This document shows, in pieces, positions 59,229 through 64,000 of a DNA stretch of 64,000 nt. The stretch comes from an uncultured Verrucomicrobiota bacterium. GTDB taxonomy: Bacteria > Verrucomicrobiota > Verrucomicrobiia > Limisphaerales > UBA9464. The notes beneath the pieces were generated by a model. It was not told the origin of the DNA. It saw nothing but the letters and a program-made list of their open reading frames with translations, and searched no databases. Where the stretch lies: positions 3,161-67,160 of the forward strand of contig CAIWAH010000379.1 of the NCBI GenBank assembly GCA_903910585.1, read 5' to 3'. Positions within the stretch are counted from its first letter, which is position 1; every line of letters begins with the position of its first letter. The translations under genes were made by a program, and so were the position numbers.

Positions 59229-61073
59229 ATGAAGGCACCGCCGAGAGGGATACAGGAGTTCATCCACTTCATTGAGGAGGGGCGCGGCGCGGTGATGCTC
59301 CGCTGGTTTCTGGTGATTCTGTCAGTCGGCTTCGCGGCGGCGATCTACCAGATGACCGAATCGCGGAACTTCGTGGCGCCGGAGGCCATGGACACGGCCC
59401 AAGTCGCCCGCAACCTGGCCGAGGGACGGGGCTACACCACGTCGTTCATCCGACCGCTGAGCGTCCACCTGATGCGGGAAAAAATGCGCGCATCCGGCGG
59501 CGATCCGCGCACGCTCCTGGAATTTGCCCATCCCGACCTTGAAAACCCGCCGGTTTACACGGCGCTGCTGGCCGGGGTCATGAAGGCCCTGCCGGCCCGC
59601 CACCGCGTGTCGTTGCCGGATGATGAATTCAACCGCCGGCCGTGGGCGGAGGTCGCCATCAGCGCGGTCAATCTCGGACTGTTCGGTCTTGCGGCGCTGC
59701 TGCTCTTCCGGCTGACCCGGACGCTGTTCAACTCCGGAACGGCGTGGTTGGCCGCGCTGCTGTTCGTGGGAACCGAACTCATGTGGAAATTTGCCAACTC
59801 CGGCCTTTCGACACTGCTGCTGATGGTGCTGGTGCTGGTCGTTGTCCGCGTGTGGGTCGCCCACGATCGGGCGCGGTCAAGCGGTGAGCCTTCCGCAAAC
59901 GGGCGCCGGCTGCTGTGGGCGGCGGTGCTCGGGCTGTCGCTGGGAGTCCTGGCGCTGTCCCGCTACTCGGCGGGTTGGCTGATCGTGCCGTTCCTCATCC
60001 TGTTGGGATTTGTCCGTGGGCGCGCCCATTGGCCGTCGCTGATCGCGGCGCTGCTGGCGTTCGGCCTCGTGGTGACGCCCTGGATGGGGCGGAACTACCG
60101 GCTCAGCGGCCTGCCGTTCGGCACCGCGACGTTTGCGCCGCTGACGGCCACGGAATCGTTTCCGCGCGATCGCCTCGAACGGTCCCAGAATCCGAACTTT
60201 CGCACGATGGACCGCCTCGAACCGGTCCGGAAAATCATCACCAATGCCATCACGGTCATCGAGGACGAGGCGCCCCGCGTGGCCGGCAACTGGGCGGCGG
60301 CGTTCTTCCTCCTTTGCCTGCTGGTGCCGCAGTCGTCGCCGACCGTTTCGCGCCTCCGCTGGCTGCTGGCGGGCATGTTGCTGATCCTGCTCGTGGCCCA
60401 GGCCTCGGTCCGTTCGGCGGCTTGGGAACTTTCGCCGGTGGTGAATGGCGAGAATCTGCTGGTGATCCTCACCCCGCTGCTCCTGATGTTCTCCGCCGCG
60501 ATGCTGGAATACGCGCTCGACCAGGTGAACTGGCCCGTGCTGATCCTGCGCAAACTGGTGACCGGCGCCCTGATCCTGTTCTTCTCCAGCCCGCTCCTGC
60601 TGTCGCTTCTTCCCCCCAAAAAATACACCGCGCAGGAACCCTTCTACCGCCCCAGCGTGATCCGGGCGCTCGCCGACTACAGTCCGCCCGGCACGCTGCT
60701 CATGAGCGACGCCCCCTGGGCAATGGCTTGGTATGGGCTGCGCGACTGCGTGTGGGTGACCCTCCGGGTGATGGACGAGGCCGACGCCAATCTCGCCAAC
60801 CGACGTGAGGATTTTTACACCTTCACAGAGGGCCGGCGGCGGGTGCGAGGGGTCTATATTTCGCCGGTTTGGGCGAATGCGCCGATGCAGGGACGGTTCT
60901 TCGGCGACCCCGACTTTGCCTGGGGCCGCTACTATCTCGACGTCCTGCTGCGCGAACGCGTTCCGACCGGCTTCCCGCTCAAGTTCATCTTGGGTGGCGG
61001 CTTCCTGACCGGCGGTCACTTCTTCCTCGCGGAGGAGGAATGGTGGGGAGCGAGGAATCGTCCCGCGCAGTGA
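59229..61073 (+). CDS. Polytopic membrane glycosyltransferase (GT-C fold, ArnT/PMT-like)
   Basis: EAMDTAQVARNLAEGRGY, PPVY and PWMGRNY...G.P motifs; many TMs. Confidence 0.6.
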   Translation: MKAPPRGIQEFIHFIEEGRGAVMLRWFLVILSVGFAAAIYQMTESRNFVAPEAMDTAQVARNLAEGRGYTTSFIRPLSVHLMREKMRASGGDPRTLLEFAHPDLENPPVYTALLAGVMKALPARHRVSLPDDEFNRRPWAEVAISAVNLGLFGLAALLLFRLTRTLFNSGTAWLAALLFVGTELMWKFANSGLSTLLLMVLVLVVVRVWVAHDRARSSGEPSANGRRLLWAAVLGLSLGVLALSRYSAGWLIVPFLILLGFVRGRAHWPSLIAALLAFGLVVTPWMGRNYRLSGLPFGTATFAPLTATESFPRDRLERSQNPNFRTMDRLEPVRKIITNAITVIEDEAPRVAGNWAAAFFLLCLLVPQSSPTVSRLRWLLAGMLLILLVAQASVRSAAWELSPVVNGENLLVILTPLLLMFSAAMLEYALDQVNWPVLILRKLVTGALILFFSSPLLLSLLPPKKYTAQEPFYRPSVIRALADYSPPGTLLMSDAPWAMAWYGLRDCVWVTLRVMDEADANLANRREDFYTFTEGRRRVRGVYISPVWANAPMQGRFFGDPDFAWGRYYLDVLLRERVPTGFPLKFILGGGFLTGGHFFLAEEEWWGARNRPAQ

Positions 61074-61188
61074 TGCTGCCGAAAAGGCAGATGGTCGTCG
61101 GCAACGTCGCCAGCAATTGACCGAACCCGGCGACTTGCCGGGACGGACGAATGCCGCAAGGCTCGCCGGCGTCTTCACCGCCACGCTT

Positions 61189-63621
61189 ATGCGCCACCAC
61201 TTCTGCCGCTGGTTCGCCCTGCTGTCATTGGTTCATTGGTCCTTGGTCATCGGACTTTCCGTCGAGGCGGCCGACGCGCCGAAGTTCGAGCTGAAGGACG
61301 GCGACCGGGTGCTGTTCATCGGCGACACGTTCTTCGAGCGCGAGGGCGACTACGGGCACATCGAGACGCGGCTCACGGCGGCGTTTCCCGACCGCAACGT
61401 CACCTTCCGCAACCTCGCCTGGGCCGGCGACACCCCGATGGGCAAGGCGCGCGCGAGCTTCGACTGGAACAAGCCGGAAACCGAATGGCTGAAGCGCGTG
61501 AAGGAACAGGTCGCGCTCGTGAAGCCGACCGTGGCGTTCCTGAGCTACGGCATGACGGCGGCTCTGGAACTGGCGGAGACGAAGGCCGAGGAACAGCCGG
61601 CGAAGCTGGAGAAGTTCAAGGCCGACATCGGCAAGCTGATGGACGCCATCGACGAGGTCAGCGGGCAGAAGGTGAGGTTTGTCCTCCTGCCGCCAATCCA
61701 ACAGCAAGGCCAACGGCCTGACTCGGCCGGGTCAAAGGCATTGGCCGCTGTGGCCTCTGGCATCGACGCGGTGGCTGACGCACGCGAGGCGGTCACCGCC
61801 GACGTTTTTTCGGCGAGCAAGCGCATGGCGATGCTCCGGATGGTTCTGTTCGAGAGCCCGGTTATCCTCAACGAGGCCGGCTACCAGATGATCGCGGACC
61901 GTTTGGTGGAGTCGCTGGGACTCAAACCGGTTGGTGGCGCGGGCGCTGCGGCCTTGAACTCCGCCATCCGGAAAAAGAACGAGCTCTTCTTCCATCGCTG
62001 GCGTCCGGAGAACTGGACCTATCTCTTCGGTTTTCGCAAACACGAGCAGGGCCAGAACGGCGTCGAGATTCCTCGGTTCGACCCGCTCATCGCGGACTGG
62101 GATAAGGTCATCGCCGGATTGCGCAACCTGAAGCAGCAGGATCCCGCCGCGGTGGCCAAGGTTCAGCAACTGCTGGCTCGCGAGCCGGGATTGAGCCGAG
62201 AGGTCAGCCGCATCACCACGAAGAACCATCTGGCCGGCGACACGGTCCGCATTGAGACGCCCAAGAAGGCACCCCAACCCGTCCCGACCTTCACCGTGGC
62301 CGACGGCTTCGAGGTCAACCTCTGGGCCGAGAACCCGAAGCTCCACAAACCGATCCAGATGAACTGGGACGCGCAGGGCCGCCTCTGGGTCGCTTCCTCC
62401 GAGGTCTATCCGCAGATCCAGCCGGGCCAGCCCGCGACCGATTCCGTGGTGGTGCTCGAGGACACCAACGGCGACGGCGTGGCGGAGACTTCGACCACCT
62501 TCGCCGATGGCCTGCTGATTCCCACCGGCGTGCTGCCCGACGACAAGGGCGGCGTCTATGTGGCGGCCAGCAGCCAGTTGCTGCACTTCGCCGACACGAA
62601 CGGCGACGGCGTCGGGGACCAGAAGACGATCGTGCTCACCAGCTTCGGCACGGAGGACACGCATCACAACCTCCACACGCTGCGCTGGGGTTACGACGGC
62701 CACCTCTACATGAACCAGTCGATCTACACCCACACGCACATCGAGACGCCGTGGGGCGTGCGCCGGCTGAACAGCGCCGGCATCTGGCGGTTCAATCCTG
62801 ATACCTGGCGCCTCGACGTCTTCACCAAGGGCGGCTGCAACCCGTGGGGCCACCACTGGGATCAATATGGCAACTCGTTCTTCACCGACGGCGCCGGCGG
62901 CAAGGGCGTCTATCACGCGATGGAAGGCGCCACCTACTTCACCTACTCGGACATGCGGCGCGAGGCCGACAGCATCAGCCCCGGAAGTTACCCGAAGTTC
63001 GCCAGCCTCGAAGTGGTTCACAGCCCGAACTTCCCGGCCGACTGGCAGGGCAGCGTGATCACCTGCGATTTCCGCGCGCACCGCGTCGTGAGGTTCGGCC
63101 TGACCGACAACGGTTCGACCTTCCAGACCAAGGAAATGCCCGACGTGCTGCGCTCGACCAACGTGACCTTCCGGCCGATTGACGTGCGTTTCGGTCCCGA
63201 CGGCGCGCTCTACATCGCCGACTGGAGCAACCCGATCATCCAGCACGGCGAGGTGGATTTCCGCGACCCGCGCCGCGACAAGGAACACGGCCGCATCTGG
63301 CGCGTGACGGCCAAGGGTGGGGCGCTCGCCAAGAAACAGGACCTGGCCAAACTGGAGACCGTCGCCCTGCTCGACCGAACCCTGTCGAAGAGCGGTTGGG
63401 AGCAGGAGCAGGCGCGCGTGGTGCTTCGCCAACGGGGTGCGGCTGACGTGCTGCCCGCGGTGAAGCCGTGGCTCGTGCGGCAGACCGACTCGCGGGCAAA
63501 GCTCGAGGCCATGTGGCTGCACGAAGCCTTCGAGAAGCCGACGGCGGAATTCACGGGGGATCTGGCGGCCGCCCCGGATGAACGCCTCCGCACCGCTGCC
63601 GCCCGGCAGTTGTCGCACTGA
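61189..63621 (+). CDS. SGNH-like plus PVC-type dehydrogenase propeller protein, ending inside the HEAT region without CxxCH
   Basis: FIGDT, RNLAWAGDT, DTNGDG, DTHH, NPWG, FRPID.RFGPDGALYIADW and HGRIWR motifs; stops at AAARQLSH. Confidence 0.88.
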   Translation: MRHHFCRWFALLSLVHWSLVIGLSVEAADAPKFELKDGDRVLFIGDTFFEREGDYGHIETRLTAAFPDRNVTFRNLAWAGDTPMGKARASFDWNKPETEWLKRVKEQVALVKPTVAFLSYGMTAALELAETKAEEQPAKLEKFKADIGKLMDAIDEVSGQKVRFVLLPPIQQQGQRPDSAGSKALAAVASGIDAVADAREAVTADVFSASKRMAMLRMVLFESPVILNEAGYQMIADRLVESLGLKPVGGAGAAALNSAIRKKNELFFHRWRPENWTYLFGFRKHEQGQNGVEIPRFDPLIADWDKVIAGLRNLKQQDPAAVAKVQQLLAREPGLSREVSRITTKNHLAGDTVRIETPKKAPQPVPTFTVADGFEVNLWAENPKLHKPIQMNWDAQGRLWVASSEVYPQIQPGQPATDSVVVLEDTNGDGVAETSTTFADGLLIPTGVLPDDKGGVYVAASSQLLHFADTNGDGVGDQKTIVLTSFGTEDTHHNLHTLRWGYDGHLYMNQSIYTHTHIETPWGVRRLNSAGIWRFNPDTWRLDVFTKGGCNPWGHHWDQYGNSFFTDGAGGKGVYHAMEGATYFTYSDMRREADSISPGSYPKFASLEVVHSPNFPADWQGSVITCDFRAHRVVRFGLTDNGSTFQTKEMPDVLRSTNVTFRPIDVRFGPDGALYIADWSNPIIQHGEVDFRDPRRDKEHGRIWRVTAKGGALAKKQDLAKLETVALLDRTLSKSGWEQEQARVVLRQRGAADVLPAVKPWLVRQTDSRAKLEAMWLHEAFEKPTAEFTGDLAAAPDERLRTAAARQLSH
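61225..61253 (+). repeat. Heptamer tandem array (TCATTGG, 4 copies) in signal-peptide coding region
   Basis: TCATTGG T TCATTGG TCCTTGG TCATCGG, encoding SLVHWSLVIG. Confidence 0.65.
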
Positions 63622-63655
63622 ACCCGCTGCGTCTCACTACCTTCGCCCCTGGCCC

Positions 63656-64000
63656 ATGAAATTGCCCCTGTTCCACTCCACGTTGGCCGCGGTTGTTGCC
63701 GCCACCTTCACCCTTGCCGCCCAGTCCGACCCGCGTTTGGCCACGCTTGGCCGACTCGTCCAGGATGATTCCCCGAAGGTCCGCGCCGAAGCGCTCCGGG
63801 CGCTGGCGAAGGTCCGCACCGCGGAAGCGGCGGCCATCGCCTTGGGCGCGTTGGACCAGCCCATGGACGCCAACCTCGACTACGCGCTCTGGCTGACCAT
63901 CAACGATCTCGCCGAGCCGTGGATTGCGGCGTTGCAAAGCGGCGCCTGGAAGCCCGAAGGCCGCGAGAAGCAGCTCGAATTCGCGCTCAAGGCACTGAAG
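63656..64000 (+). CDS. Partial CDS: HEAT-repeat protein with own signal peptide, probable C-terminal half of the PVC heme-binding protein
   Basis: MKLPLFHSTLAAVVAATFTLAA-QSDP...DDSPKVRAEALRAL...LDQPMDANLDYALWLT; open to the window end. Confidence 0.8.
   Translation, partial: MKLPLFHSTLAAVVAATFTLAAQSDPRLATLGRLVQDDSPKVRAEALRALAKVRTAEAAAIALGALDQPMDANLDYALWLTINDLAEPWIAALQSGAWKPEGREKQLEFALKALK

Noticed and set aside
63619-63621. TGA read-through (Trp or Sec) joining the two PVC protein halves
   Set aside because: The downstream ORF is in a different frame (34-nt offset), and TGA is a normal stop in many other genes here.

Overview
GC-rich bacterial chromosomal segment. PEP-CTERM proteins, PVC-type heme-binding CxxCH proteins, a prepilin-type H-X9-DG protein, DUF1552 and an ECF sigma factor paired with a Ser/Thr kinase suggest Verrucomicrobiota (inference). 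It carries about 48 CDSs: housekeeping genes (rseP, xth, hrpA, rsfS, ffh, psd, pssA, coaD, LptF/G, RlmI-like), ABC/efflux transporters, signalling proteins and secreted proteins, plus tRNA-His(GTG). No CRISPR array, prophage, integrase or rRNA is visible. The most striking unexplained structure is a set of palindromic repeats: one intact and one decayed REP-associated tyrosine transposase (RAYT), each with its own REP family; five to seven REP-like families in total; a 150-bp element inserted into a REP and bounded by CT at both ends; and several REPs and heptamer arrays lying in frame inside intact genes (hrpA, a GT4 glycosyltransferase, two large secreted proteins). Also notable: a synonymously diverged duplicate of the kinase promoter and Zn-ribbon start, an apparent fission of a PVC heme-binding protein whose second half has its own signal peptide, and recurrent leaderless-type promoters. 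Product calls come from motif recognition only; no database search was run.
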